DNA of 40,049 bases from a virus. Lineage: Duplodnaviria > Caudoviricetes. The notes below the pieces were generated by a model. That model ran no database searches. It saw only the letters and a program-made list of their open reading frames with translations, and was not told where the DNA came from. The DNA lies in IMG/VR virus record IMGVR_UViG_3300038365_000080, positions 1-40,049 of that record. One strand, written 5' to 3'. A program made the position numbers and the translations under genes. This document shows positions 1 to 9,330 of this stretch, piece after piece (position 1 is the stretch's first letter; each line of letters opens with the position of its first letter).

Positions 1-1195
1 GGTGAGGGAATGAAACTCAAAGAGTTTAATTCCTTGCTGGGTCAAGATTCTTATGTGCGTTGCCAGGGTAAAGAAAGAATTGACCCTGCCATAGTTGACG
101 TAGAATCTGCCGAGAATCACCTATTCTCTGGAGGAACCATAGGTTGGTGGATTAAATCAGGATATATAGTAGTAGACATAGATGAGGGTAAAGAACAAGC
201 CTTACAGGTAATTAAGCAATTAGGGTTGAAAACTTTCATGGCTGAAACTCCCAAGGGTATCCACCTGTACTTCAAGACAGACAAGGAGTTTCCCCAAAAA
301 ATCGGTATGGTTCTGCCTTGTGGGTTAAAGTGCGATTTTAGGTGCGCCAATAAAGGCTATGTGATATTGCCTTTTGGTTTACCTGATAGGAAGTTTAATA
401 AAGTCAAAGAAGTCATAGATATGCCCCTGGAATTCACCCCTATACCCAACAGAAAAGAATCTTTGCTGGATAAGAAAGAGGGTGATGGGCGTAATTCTAC
501 CCTATTTGCCCATCTTATGGCTTATAAACACAGAGGGGCCAGCGATACCCAGATAGCAACTATGGCTGAAGTAATCAATAACATAATATTTGCTGAGCCT
601 ATGGCTGAGGATGAGCTTAACGGTATTGTAGAGAATACCAAAAGATACCCGGCCCAGCCACAGGGAGATAACCCATACTTATTATATACCGCTAAAGGCA
701 TACCCAGCCAGCCTAATGCCAGAGCTATTGGCGATTATTTTGTGAATAAAGGTGATTTATTTGTGTTAGGGGGTGAGTGTTACCAATACCGGGAAGGAGT
801 GTATATAGAAGCATCTTCTTATGTAAGAAACACAATTAAGGAGATGATTGCCTATGACCCCCTTATAACTAATTCTCGTGTGGTAGAATGCTATCGTTTG
901 TTGATAGATGATACCCGGATACAGCGCAAAGCCTCAGACTTGAATTCAGACAAAAATTTGATAAATTTCAAGAACGGTGTATGGGATATAAAAAGAGGTA
1001 AGCTAATTGAGCATGATAGCAAATACTTACATACCGTACAGATACCGCACTCAGTTCTTAAATCGGGTAAAAAGTGGAAGGATACCCATTTGTATGACTT
1101 CCTGATTGATAAAGCACAATTAGACAAGCCAGAACTTGATATGTTGCTGGATTATATGGCATACTGCTTGACTCTTGATTATGGCCTGAAAACTT
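1..1195 (+). repeat. Left copy of an imperfect terminal direct repeat (matches 38855-40049)
   Basis: Ungapped alignment at offset 38854; first 77 nt and last 93 nt identical, many mostly synonymous substitutions in between. Confidence 0.95.
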
Positions 1196-1938
1196 TCTTG
1201 ATACTATATGGCCAGTCTAACACAGGTAAATCGGTACTCATACGATTTTTTGAAACTATGGTTGGTAGGGCCAATACGGCATCCTTATCAATGCATGAAC
1301 TGAATCAGCGATTCTACCCAGCTCAACTGTATAATAGGCTGCTTAATTCTTGTGCAGATAATTCGTCTTTGCCTCTGTCCTCTATTGAGAATCTCAAAAA
1401 AATTACAGGTGGGGACCAGATAATGCATGAAAAGAAAGGCAAAGAACCTTTTTTCTTTGTTCCTTTCACAAAATTAGTGTTTTCATTCAATCAGATGCCC
1501 CTCCAGCTGGAGGAAAAATCCAATGCTTTCTACAAAAGGATGAGGATACTGCCTATGCCTCTTGAGCTAGACTTGAATAATGCCTATGTAGACCAGCTGT
1601 GTAGCCCTGAAAGTGTCGAAGAAGTATTACCCTTTTTATTGGAAAGATTGCCACTTACAGAAATACCAACAACAGAGGCTAGCGATAAATTGGTCGAGGG
1701 CTTGCGCCAGGATAGTGATAGTATTCATGCTTTTCTGTCTCAAGAGTGTAAGAAAGGCCAGAAATATTGGATTCCCAAAAAGACTTTATATGATTCTTAC
1801 CTGAGATTTTGTCTTGACACTGGCCGTACTGCTCATAAGCCTCATGGTTTTATCCGGCACTTACGGTCTCAAGGCTATAAAGAGGCCCGAAAGGGAGATT
1901 CAAGGGAGGCTTGTTGGAAAGGGATAGCCCTAAAGTAA
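10..1938 (+). CDS. Primase-polymerase (Prim-Pol) fused to primase C-terminal domain and D5-like SF3 helicase
   Basis: N-terminal VVDID and TPKGIHLYF Prim-Pol motifs; EGDGRNSTLF PriCT-like motif; INFKNGVWD D5_N motif; Walker A GQSNTGKS; LKKITGGD..EKKGK helicase motifs. Confidence 0.92.
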   Translation: MKLKEFNSLLGQDSYVRCQGKERIDPAIVDVESAENHLFSGGTIGWWIKSGYIVVDIDEGKEQALQVIKQLGLKTFMAETPKGIHLYFKTDKEFPQKIGMVLPCGLKCDFRCANKGYVILPFGLPDRKFNKVKEVIDMPLEFTPIPNRKESLLDKKEGDGRNSTLFAHLMAYKHRGASDTQIATMAEVINNIIFAEPMAEDELNGIVENTKRYPAQPQGDNPYLLYTAKGIPSQPNARAIGDYFVNKGDLFVLGGECYQYREGVYIEASSYVRNTIKEMIAYDPLITNSRVVECYRLLIDDTRIQRKASDLNSDKNLINFKNGVWDIKRGKLIEHDSKYLHTVQIPHSVLKSGKKWKDTHLYDFLIDKAQLDKPELDMLLDYMAYCLTLDYGLKTFLILYGQSNTGKSVLIRFFETMVGRANTASLSMHELNQRFYPAQLYNRLLNSCADNSSLPLSSIENLKKITGGDQIMHEKKGKEPFFFVPFTKLVFSFNQMPLQLEEKSNAFYKRMRILPMPLELDLNNAYVDQLCSPESVEEVLPFLLERLPLTEIPTTEASDKLVEGLRQDSDSIHAFLSQECKKGQKYWIPKKTLYDSYLRFCLDTGRTAHKPHGFIRHLRSQGYKEARKGDSREACWKGIALK

Positions 1939-1983
1939 CTTGTCGATTTCTCCTGTACAGATTTGTGCGAGGTGGTGCGAAAA

Positions 1984-2337
1984 GTGAGTGTGGTGGGTAA
2001 AGGTACACCCGAATATAAGAACCCCTTAGAAATGCTCTTGAAGAGTTGTCGTAAAGCAATTCAAGATAAGGTTGACGTCAACCCAAAATCTGGTTTAAAA
2101 GTAGGGGACAATAAAATCAGATATTCTGAGGCTTTAGACTTACTTACTGCCCTAGAGCATCATTTTGCTGTAAAAGGAGCATTCAGTTTTGGTATTTGCC
2201 TAACTTGTACTAAGTTCAGCTCTAAGGGGATGTATCCTGAAAAGCCAGTTACTTTGGGTAAATGCGGCAGCAAAGTAGTCAGTATTTTTGATTGCTGTGA
2301 ACAGCACAGTAAGGAAGGTGGGGGTTATGGCCTATAA
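1984..2337 (+). CDS. Hypothetical protein with Cys-rich C-terminus
   Basis: ORF 1963-2337; GAGGTG RBS precedes in-frame GTG at 1984; CxxC...C...CC..H cluster; overlaps polA start. Confidence 0.65.
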   Translation: MSVVGKGTPEYKNPLEMLLKSCRKAIQDKVDVNPKSGLKVGDNKIRYSEALDLLTALEHHFAVKGAFSFGICLTCTKFSSKGMYPEKPVTLGKCGSKVVSIFDCCEQHSKEGGGYGL

Positions 2338-4051
2338 ATATGCTGTCTTAGATATAGAATCTACTGGGGTAAACCGATACAAAGACGACATAAATTACAC
2401 AGGTATTGGTTTAGTAAGAGACTTGGGTTCTGACATGGATAAACGAATTATTTGCAATATGCATCAAGACAAAGACCTGGATAAGTTCAAAAGAATAGCC
2501 CGAAAACTGAAAGAACAGAAAGTCATACTTATTTGGCAAAACGGCAAATTTGATACTCTATTCATTCAGTTAAAGTATGGTATCCTATTACCCATACATC
2601 ATGATATTATGGTTATGGGTACAGCTTATGACCTAGCTGCTCCCCACGGGCTCAAAGAAATGAGCAAGAGTTGGCTGGGATTGCCCGATTGGGATATACC
2701 CCTGAAAGAAAAGAAAAAACCCAATAGCCTCACAGTTGAGAAATACTTGGTAAAAGACTTGGAGAACCCATGGAAATTGTTCCAGTTCTTTAATCGAAAA
2801 CTCAATACCCAACAGTGGAAAGCTTACAAGCATCTGCTCAGACCAGCGTTTTTGATGTATCGTAGGGCTGAACGAACTGGAATATACCTCAATAAACCTG
2901 AACTATCCAAAGTTCGTAAGACTTACCGTAAACAACAAGAAGATAAGCTGGCTGTACTCAATAAACAATACAATATAAACTGGAATAGCCCAAAACAGGT
3001 ATCTGATGTATTATTCAATAAAGAGCATATGCCTGTGATAAAGCTATCCCAAAAGACTGGAGAACCTTCCAGTGATGCCAAAGTACTCAAAAGACTGAAA
3101 TCAAAGGGATTCACCCTTGCTGAACAATTACTTGATTACAAATTCTATTATGGGGCTAACTCAAAATTTCTCAATCGCTGGGAAGATGATGCTTTTTATG
3201 ATGGTAGGATACACCCAAATTTCAATCTTACCAACGTAGTAACCGGCAGGACATCTTGCTCAGACCCTAATTTACAGCAGGTTCCCAGGAATAAAGAGCT
3301 CAGAACCCTATTTACAGCCCCTCCAGGCAGGGTACTATTAGAGGCAGACTACTCACAGATAGAGCTGAGAATAGCTGCAGATTATGCGAATGAGCCCACT
3401 ATGTTGAAAATATACAAAGAAGGAGGTGATATACACACAGAAACGGCCATGTCTTTAACAGGATTATCCGCAGAACAGGTAAAGGGAGAACCCAGAAGTA
3501 GAGCAAAGCCTGTTAATTTCGGATTTCTGTATGGAATGTCAGCTAAAGGATTTGTAAGTTACGCTTTTGACAATTATGATACAGTATTCAGCAAACTGGA
3601 GGCTGACAGGTATCGGCAATTGTTTTTTATCAAGTATCCGGGTCTACTGAAATGGCATAAAGAAATGGAGATTATCTGTGAGGCTCAAGGAGGTGTCGAG
3701 AATAGGTTTGGTAGATTCAGAAAACTACCAGACATATATTCTTCTGACAACTATATTCGTAGCAAGGCTGTGCGCAGAGCCGTAAATAGCCCAGTTCAGG
3801 GTACAGCCTCAGACTTGTTACTGTTAGCAGCAGTAGAAATAGACAAAACCTTGAGAAAACCGCTAGACCTGAGTATAGTTGGTACGGTACATGACAGTAT
3901 ATTGATGGACGTACCAGAGAATAATGTCGATGAGGCTGTTAGAGAGGTCAAAAGGATTATGGCCCACCCACAGGCTCTTGATATATTTGGCGTATCCTTT
4001 AAAGTACCTATTGAGGCAGATGTAGGTATTGGGGCCTGGGGTAGTAAATAA
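2327..4051 (+). CDS. polA: Family A DNA polymerase with 3'-5' exonuclease, no 5'-3' exonuclease
   Basis: ExoI DIES, ExoII QNGKFD; TGRTSCSDPNLQQVP; motif A ADYSQIELR; motif B RSRAKPVNFGFLYG (Phe762-type); motif C TVHDS; ATG 2327 follows GGAAGGTGG RBS. Confidence 0.96.
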   Translation: MAYKYAVLDIESTGVNRYKDDINYTGIGLVRDLGSDMDKRIICNMHQDKDLDKFKRIARKLKEQKVILIWQNGKFDTLFIQLKYGILLPIHHDIMVMGTAYDLAAPHGLKEMSKSWLGLPDWDIPLKEKKKPNSLTVEKYLVKDLENPWKLFQFFNRKLNTQQWKAYKHLLRPAFLMYRRAERTGIYLNKPELSKVRKTYRKQQEDKLAVLNKQYNINWNSPKQVSDVLFNKEHMPVIKLSQKTGEPSSDAKVLKRLKSKGFTLAEQLLDYKFYYGANSKFLNRWEDDAFYDGRIHPNFNLTNVVTGRTSCSDPNLQQVPRNKELRTLFTAPPGRVLLEADYSQIELRIAADYANEPTMLKIYKEGGDIHTETAMSLTGLSAEQVKGEPRSRAKPVNFGFLYGMSAKGFVSYAFDNYDTVFSKLEADRYRQLFFIKYPGLLKWHKEMEIICEAQGGVENRFGRFRKLPDIYSSDNYIRSKAVRRAVNSPVQGTASDLLLLAAVEIDKTLRKPLDLSIVGTVHDSILMDVPENNVDEAVREVKRIMAHPQALDIFGVSFKVPIEADVGIGAWGSK

Positions 4052-4064
4052 AGGAGGAAATTTT

Positions 4065-4568
4065 GTGAAGATATTTGTTATTAACGGTTATCCTGGTAGT
4101 GGTAAGGATAAGTTTGTGAGATTGTGCGCCCGGCACAGTAAGATACCTGTAGTTAATTACGTTACCAGTACCCCAGCTAAATTGGCTTTACACCTATTAG
4201 GCTGGAGAGGGGAAGAAAAAACCCCAGAAGTACGCAAAGCCCTGGCTGATTTAATGGAGTTATCTGAAACCTTATTTAATGGGGTTATTGCTGCTACTGA
4301 GGCTAAACTTATTAGAGCTATGGAGGACTACGGCGATAATTGTATTGTATTTATACACTGCAGAGAACCCAGGAATATAGACTACTACAGAGAAAAGCAC
4401 GGAGCTGTGACAGTATTCATAAACAGAAACGATACAAAGCAGAAACGATTCAGTAATGAATCCGATGCAAATGTGGAGAACTATGAATATGACATAGTTA
4501 TACAGAATAACAAATCTTTGAAGATATTGGAGCAAAAAGCTGTAGATTTTGTAGGGAGGTATTGCTAA
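4065..4568 (+). CDS. P-loop deoxynucleoside-monophosphate kinase-like protein
   Basis: VINGYPGSGKD Walker A; FIHCREP; NHxSD-like NESD and YDIVIQN motifs; AGGAGG RBS before GTG 4065. Confidence 0.75.
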   Translation: MKIFVINGYPGSGKDKFVRLCARHSKIPVVNYVTSTPAKLALHLLGWRGEEKTPEVRKALADLMELSETLFNGVIAATEAKLIRAMEDYGDNCIVFIHCREPRNIDYYREKHGAVTVFINRNDTKQKRFSNESDANVENYEYDIVIQNNKSLKILEQKAVDFVGRYC

Positions 4569-5221
4569 TGCTTATTAATTGTGTTAATAATGCAACAGAG
4601 GCCTGGGAATGGTGGTATGACAGACTATTAGAACAAAAGAACCAGCAACCCTCCAGAGATGGGACTGTAGTTGGTGAATTTCTTAATGCTTGTACCGTTA
4701 TTAAAGACCCCCGGCAGGGATTGGTTTTATCCAAAAAACGTGATTTATCCATAAAATATGCTGTGGGTGAGCTGCTCTGGTATTTATCTGGTAGTAACAT
4801 GGTTTCGGCCATATCCCCTTACTCAAAAGTCTGGGAAAAGTTGTCTGACGATGGAGAAACTGTTAATTCTGCCTACGGTCACCGAATTTACCACAAGTTT
4901 GGGTTTGACCAGTGGGAATATGTGAAAGGTCTATTAAAGGCTGACCCTCTTAGCCGTCAAGCAGTTATACACATAAAAGAGCCAAATAATCAACCTACTA
5001 AGGATTTACCATGCACTATCTGTATACAGTACTTTATTCGGGATAATAGGCTTCATAGCACGGTATATATGCGTAGTAATGATATCTGGATGGGTTTTCC
5101 TTATGACGTATTCTGTTTTACTTCTCTCCAGGTCAAGATGGCCATGGAGCTAGGAGTTAACTTGGGCGAATATACCCACATAGCTGGTTCGCTACATCTT
5201 TATGAAAGGAATGTGAAGTAG
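4562..5221 (+). CDS. Thymidylate-synthase superfamily enzyme, dCMP (hydroxy)methylase-like
   Basis: SAYG, SRQA, catalytic PC (DLPCT), MRSND, HIAGSLHLY motifs; GFPYD has Asp where canonical ThyA has Asn (GLPFN). Confidence 0.85.
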   Translation: MLMLINCVNNATEAWEWWYDRLLEQKNQQPSRDGTVVGEFLNACTVIKDPRQGLVLSKKRDLSIKYAVGELLWYLSGSNMVSAISPYSKVWEKLSDDGETVNSAYGHRIYHKFGFDQWEYVKGLLKADPLSRQAVIHIKEPNNQPTKDLPCTICIQYFIRDNRLHSTVYMRSNDIWMGFPYDVFCFTSLQVKMAMELGVNLGEYTHIAGSLHLYERNVK

Positions 5222-5523
5222 TGGCATTAAGTAAGATTCAGTACAAAATTGGAGATTCCTGGGTACATTTTTGTTATGTAGAGGACATGTTTAAAGACAA
5301 GATAGGAGAAGCAGTTGAAAAAATCAATCGCTGGGCTCAACAGGATTTTGGTATTGAATCCATCAAAACTAGGAAAGACCTGGCGAATTTGAAAGAAAGA
5401 ATCAAGAATAACTACAAGGAACTGTACCCAGAACTGTTTCGGGCAAGCCGAACTGATAATCAGGGGTGGGCCAGAGTATGGTTTACCCAACACCTGAGGG
5501 AGGAATTGAAAAATGGCAAATAA
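5221..5523 (+). CDS. Hypothetical protein
   Basis: 100-aa ORF translationally coupled to flanking genes. Confidence 0.7.
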   Translation: MALSKIQYKIGDSWVHFCYVEDMFKDKIGEAVEKINRWAQQDFGIESIKTRKDLANLKERIKNNYKELYPELFRASRTDNQGWARVWFTQHLREELKNGK

Positions 5524-5884
5524 CAAAGAGATAAGTCTGCCGCCCATAGTGGCGGTGGACTTTGATGGTACTCTAGTAGAGGACAAGTTTCCAGAGATAG
5601 GGCCAATTAATCAGGATATGTTCGACAGAATACATAGGTATCAACAAGAAGGATATAAAGTCATCCTGTGGACTTGTAGGACTCAGCAAAGGCTTGATGA
5701 TGCCATACTTTTCTGTGCCTTTAACGGTCTGCACTTCGATGCTGTAAACGACAATATACCAGAAGTTATTGAAAAATACAACGACAATGCCCGCAAAATA
5801 TATGCTGATATTTACATAGATGACAAAAATTTATCTATCAAGGAGGCATGCAATGTCTGGTTACATAAATTCCAACAGGCGTGA
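5513..5884 (+). CDS. HAD-superfamily phosphatase (nucleotidase-like)
   Basis: AVDFDGTL motif I, ILWTCR motif II, K..ADIYIDDKN motif IV. Confidence 0.88.
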   Translation: MANNKEISLPPIVAVDFDGTLVEDKFPEIGPINQDMFDRIHRYQQEGYKVILWTCRTQQRLDDAILFCAFNGLHFDAVNDNIPEVIEKYNDNARKIYADIYIDDKNLSIKEACNVWLHKFQQA

Positions 5885-6284
5885 GGTTATTTACTGGGCA
5901 GCAGCAATGCAACAATATTTCAACAATCAGAAAGAACACTACTCAAAAAAGTCTTTAACTTGGCTTAATTCCATAACTATTAGCTTAGACAATTTTCTTC
6001 AGGTAGAATTAAAAGGAGCAGAGCAGAATGAGATGAGAGCTATATTCAATTTGATAAAACGAGTAACCCCCAAGCTTATTGTAGATAGCTTAGTAACAGA
6101 GGACACTCAAGCTATCAAAGTTAACAGAGATATGGTATTCGACTTTGCCGAATACGCTTTGGAATATTGCGTTAACTGTAAGGAAAACCCAACAGAGTGT
6201 AAACTCAGGAAATTGGCTCTGGAATTAGGAGTGCCGCCTTATGTAGAATCTGGGCCTTGCCAATACTGGAGAAAGGAGATATAA
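5853..6284 (+). CDS. Hypothetical protein with C-terminal Cys cluster
   Basis: AGGAGG RBS before ATG 5853; CxxC-x6-C...CQY pattern. Confidence 0.7.
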   Translation: MSGYINSNRREVIYWAAAMQQYFNNQKEHYSKKSLTWLNSITISLDNFLQVELKGAEQNEMRAIFNLIKRVTPKLIVDSLVTEDTQAIKVNRDMVFDFAEYALEYCVNCKENPTECKLRKLALELGVPPYVESGPCQYWRKEI

Positions 6285-6401
6285 CATGGGAATTATACTG
6301 AGAAGGTGCGTTGTTGGCTATTTCACAGCTTTAGCTGGAAAGTAGCAGGGGTTTTTGGAAACTACTATAGGTGTCCTAAATGTGGGGTAGGGAGTGATTA
6401 C

Positions 6402-6809
6402 ATGCCTTTAGAAAGTGTTATAGTCAACAAAATGCTGGACTACCTGAATAAAGAGGTTAAAGGCTGTATAGCCGAAAAAGTTCATGGAAACAAATATCAA
6501 GTGGGTAGGTCAGACATAAACGGATGTTGGAAGGGCAGGAGTTTCCGCATAGAGGGTAAGAGCCCAGACCACGGCAATAAACCCAGTAAGGCCCAGATAT
6601 TAGATATGAAAATGTGGTCTAAAGCTGGAGCCTTGTGCTTTGCTACGAATAATCTGGAGGATGTAAAAAGAATAATAAACAACACAAATAACCCTCTAAC
6701 TATTGGAGTTATCTTGGATAAATCTGGCTGGCTTATAGAGGTAACTAGCAGCGAAAGTCTATGTAGTCACGGTCAGCCTTGGGAGGATTGTCCGGTATGC
6801 CGTCATTAA
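6402..6809 (+). CDS. VRR-NUC family (PD-(D/E)XK) nuclease
   Basis: E..I..K N-terminal helix, G.SDI, IEGK.P, PS.AQ motifs; upstream of SNF2 helicase as is typical; GGAGTGA RBS before ATG 6402. Confidence 0.8.
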   Translation: MPLESVIVNKMLDYLNKEVKGCIAEKVHGNKYQVGRSDINGCWKGRSFRIEGKSPDHGNKPSKAQILDMKMWSKAGALCFATNNLEDVKRIINNTNNPLTIGVILDKSGWLIEVTSSESLCSHGQPWEDCPVCRH

Positions 6810-8173
6810 AATTCTACACTAAACCATGGAAACACCAGCTTGAAGCCCTTGAATTTCTTATGCCCCGGTCTTATGGAGCCTTATATACAGACATGGGCTC
6901 TGGTAAAACCAAAGTAATGATAGACCTTATTGCCAATAGAGGCTTTAAGAAGGTGCTGGTGTTGACTACTAAGAAAATATGCCAGCGCAGAATTTGGGAA
7001 ACTGAGTTTAACAAGCATTACAGTGGAAATATTTACAACATATTAGACATTTCTAAATACGCTTCTGACCGTAAGGGTAGGGAAGTAGAAAAAAGCATCA
7101 AATTGAACAACAATTCTCCCATAATAGTCGTAAATAATTACGATAGCGTATGGAGAAAGCCCTTTAGAGAATTTGTCTTGAGATTCGGCTTTGATTGTGT
7201 TATTTGTGATGAGAGCCATCGTATTAAGGGTGCTGGGAGTAAAGTGTCTAGATTCTTGGCTTTATTGGGAAAGCGTGTCCCTAACAGATATATTATGACC
7301 GGCACCCCTTTAGCCCAAAGCATATTTGATATTTACGGTCAATACCGTTTCTTAAACCCAGAAATATATGGTACTAGGTATGATGTATTTAAGCATAGGT
7401 ACGGTACTTGGATAAACCGTGGAGACTATGAAGTATTGGATAAATATCAGAATCTTGATGAGTTTTATGAAAACATGTTCTCTTGTGCCTTTATTGTCCC
7501 TGGCCTAGATTTGGACTTACCTCCCGTACACAATTTGCCTTGGAAATTCTACTTGCCCAAAAAGACCCAGAAATACTATAAAGAATTGGTGAAAGAAGGG
7601 GTATTGGAAACTAAGAAGGGTAATGTAATAGCAACTAATATACTGACTAATATAATTAGGCGTCAGCAACTTACCAGTGGTTATTTACCTACCGATGAGG
7701 GAGTAATAAAGGTGGACGAAGCCAGGGTTGAGGCTTTTAGAGAGCTTTTGGAAGATTTGCCTGATGAACCTATAGTTGTATTTGCCAAGTTTAGAAGGGA
7801 TATCAAGAATATAAGAAGGGTTGTAAAAGAGCTGGGTAGGAAAAGCTCTGAACTGTCGGGCAGGAGAGACACCTCAGATAATTGGTATTATGGTAAAACC
7901 AATGTTCTGGTTGTACAAATATCTGCAGGGGCAGAAGGAATAGATTTGACCAGAGCTAGATTTGGTATTTACTATACTAAAACACATGCCTTATGGCAAT
8001 ATGAACAAAGCTGGAAAAGACTACATCGCCCTGGCCAAACCAGGTCTACAACCTTTTTTCACTTAACAGCTTGTATGGATAAAGGTAAGACCATAGATGA
8101 GAATATCAATGAGAGTCTGGAAAAAGGCCAAGATTTAATTGATAGGGTAATGGCTGGAGAAGTCTATATATAG
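6797..8173 (+). CDS. SNF2-family helicase
   Basis: Q motif WKHQ, DMGSGKT, DESH, MTGTP, AEGIDL, QSWKRLHRPGQ. Confidence 0.93.
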   Translation: MPSLKFYTKPWKHQLEALEFLMPRSYGALYTDMGSGKTKVMIDLIANRGFKKVLVLTTKKICQRRIWETEFNKHYSGNIYNILDISKYASDRKGREVEKSIKLNNNSPIIVVNNYDSVWRKPFREFVLRFGFDCVICDESHRIKGAGSKVSRFLALLGKRVPNRYIMTGTPLAQSIFDIYGQYRFLNPEIYGTRYDVFKHRYGTWINRGDYEVLDKYQNLDEFYENMFSCAFIVPGLDLDLPPVHNLPWKFYLPKKTQKYYKELVKEGVLETKKGNVIATNILTNIIRRQQLTSGYLPTDEGVIKVDEARVEAFRELLEDLPDEPIVVFAKFRRDIKNIRRVVKELGRKSSELSGRRDTSDNWYYGKTNVLVVQISAGAEGIDLTRARFGIYYTKTHALWQYEQSWKRLHRPGQTRSTTFFHLTACMDKGKTIDENINESLEKGQDLIDRVMAGEVYI

Positions 8174-8192
8174 CCCCAGTTATTCTGGGGCT
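8172..8192. terminator. Hairpin between convergent gene blocks, probable bidirectional terminator
   Basis: AGCCCCAG-TTATT-CTGGGGCT spanning the convergent stop codons. Confidence 0.6.
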
Positions 8193-8467
8193 TTAAGCCC
8201 TTCAATACGGTTGAATAAATCATGTATAAAGTTAGCACCCCTACTAAACAAGATACCAGTTATTATCTGGCCTATTATTGGGTATATGAATATTAGCCCA
8301 AGTAAGGCGCAGACATCTAGTTGACCAGCAAGTGCAATTAACAAGCCTACCACAAGAGCACCTATCCGGTCTACTTGGAACTTGCCTTGTTGCCATACCA
8401 TTTTAGATGTCTCCCAAACAGATTCAGCTATTATCGCAGCTACCAAAATAATAAACAATACCTCCAT
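8180..8467 (-). CDS. Holin-like membrane protein
   Basis: 95 aa with 2-3 hydrophobic segments, GILFSRGANFIHDL motif common in Firmicute phage holins; last gene of lysis block. Confidence 0.8.
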   Translation of the reverse strand: MEVLFIILVAAIIAESVWETSKMVWQQGKFQVDRIGALVVGLLIALAGQLDVCALLGLIFIYPIIGQIITGILFSRGANFIHDLFNRIEGLKAPE

Positions 8468-9234
8468 TATATCCCTCCTAACCCATGCCGGTTACAAAAC
8501 TTCCGCAGGAATTCACTTCTAACCGCAAAACCCATACCTTCCACAGCCACATCAACAAACTTGCTTCTGACTACTCCAACAACTTCGCCCCTACCGTTTA
8601 TAACTGGCCCTCCGCTATTTCCAGGATTGATTGGAGCGTCAGTAGACAATAAATTTGGGTCTTCAATTGGGTTGTCTGACCGCCTAGGGCTGGTAATTAC
8701 CCCCTGTGACCAAGTATAGGGGTAGCCTTGGGGAGATCCAATTACAGCTACATGCTGACCGTGATAGACCTCTCCTTGATAAACCTTTAAGGCGTTATTA
8801 GACACAGGAGCTTTGAGTAAGGCCAAGTCATAGTTGGTATCTACAGCTACTACTGTAAGCGGTTTTAAGTGGATCTTATCATTATCCGATACAATAGTTA
8901 GCGTACCAGCCCCATTTACTACATGGAAATTTGTAATAATATATTCAGGGCTTACAAAAAAGCCAGTACCTAGGCCACCATCCTTCCTATACACAGTAAC
9001 TACAGAATCTAAGACCTTTTTAACCAAGTCTCTTCCAACAATACACGCCTGGAAGGTTATGCGGGAAGCAATTGACGCCATTTCTTCCCTAGTGATGGCA
9101 TTACCAGGCTTAAAGGTGCCGTCAGGATAGCCCGACATAACCCCAGTATCTACACACCTAACAATGTCTGGATAACTCCAACTAGCTGGGTCTACATCCT
9201 TAAAAATACTGCTCAAAAATACCTCTCCTTTCAC
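8467..9234 (-). CDS. SLH-domain plus trypsin-like serine protease (likely start TTG 9216)
   Basis: SLH: FKDV..W....GVMSGYPDGTFKPGNAITREEMA; protease triad TNFHVV, DLALLK, GNSGGP; no PDZ domain, no signal peptide. Confidence 0.9.
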   Translation of the reverse strand: MKGEVFLSSIFKDVDPASWSYPDIVRCVDTGVMSGYPDGTFKPGNAITREEMASIASRITFQACIVGRDLVKKVLDSVVTVYRKDGGLGTGFFVSPEYIITNFHVVNGAGTLTIVSDNDKIHLKPLTVVAVDTNYDLALLKAPVSNNALKVYQGEVYHGQHVAVIGSPQGYPYTWSQGVITSPRRSDNPIEDPNLLSTDAPINPGNSGGPVINGRGEVVGVVRSKFVDVAVEGMGFAVRSEFLRKFCNRHGLGGI

Positions 9235-9330
9235 CAGTTGCCTTACTTTGTCAACGTCAAAATTCTTGCCGGGGCAAGCTGTAGGTATGTAATCTCTATG
9301 GCCTCCTACCTCTTTAATAGGGTGTCGGCC
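9235..9330 (-). pseudogene. C-terminal remnant of a second amidase, in frame with the SLH-protease
   Basis: Translates GRHPIKEVGGHRDYIPTACPGKNFDVDKVRQL, closely matching TRWPIKYIGGHRDYYATACPGQKFDVEMVRKY of the 9443-10039 amidase; in-frame TAA at 9346-9348. Confidence 0.85.

Noticed and set aside
4562-5221. Canonical thyA
   Set aside because: Asp instead of Asn at the specificity site, SRQ instead of SRR, and PCT instead of PCH
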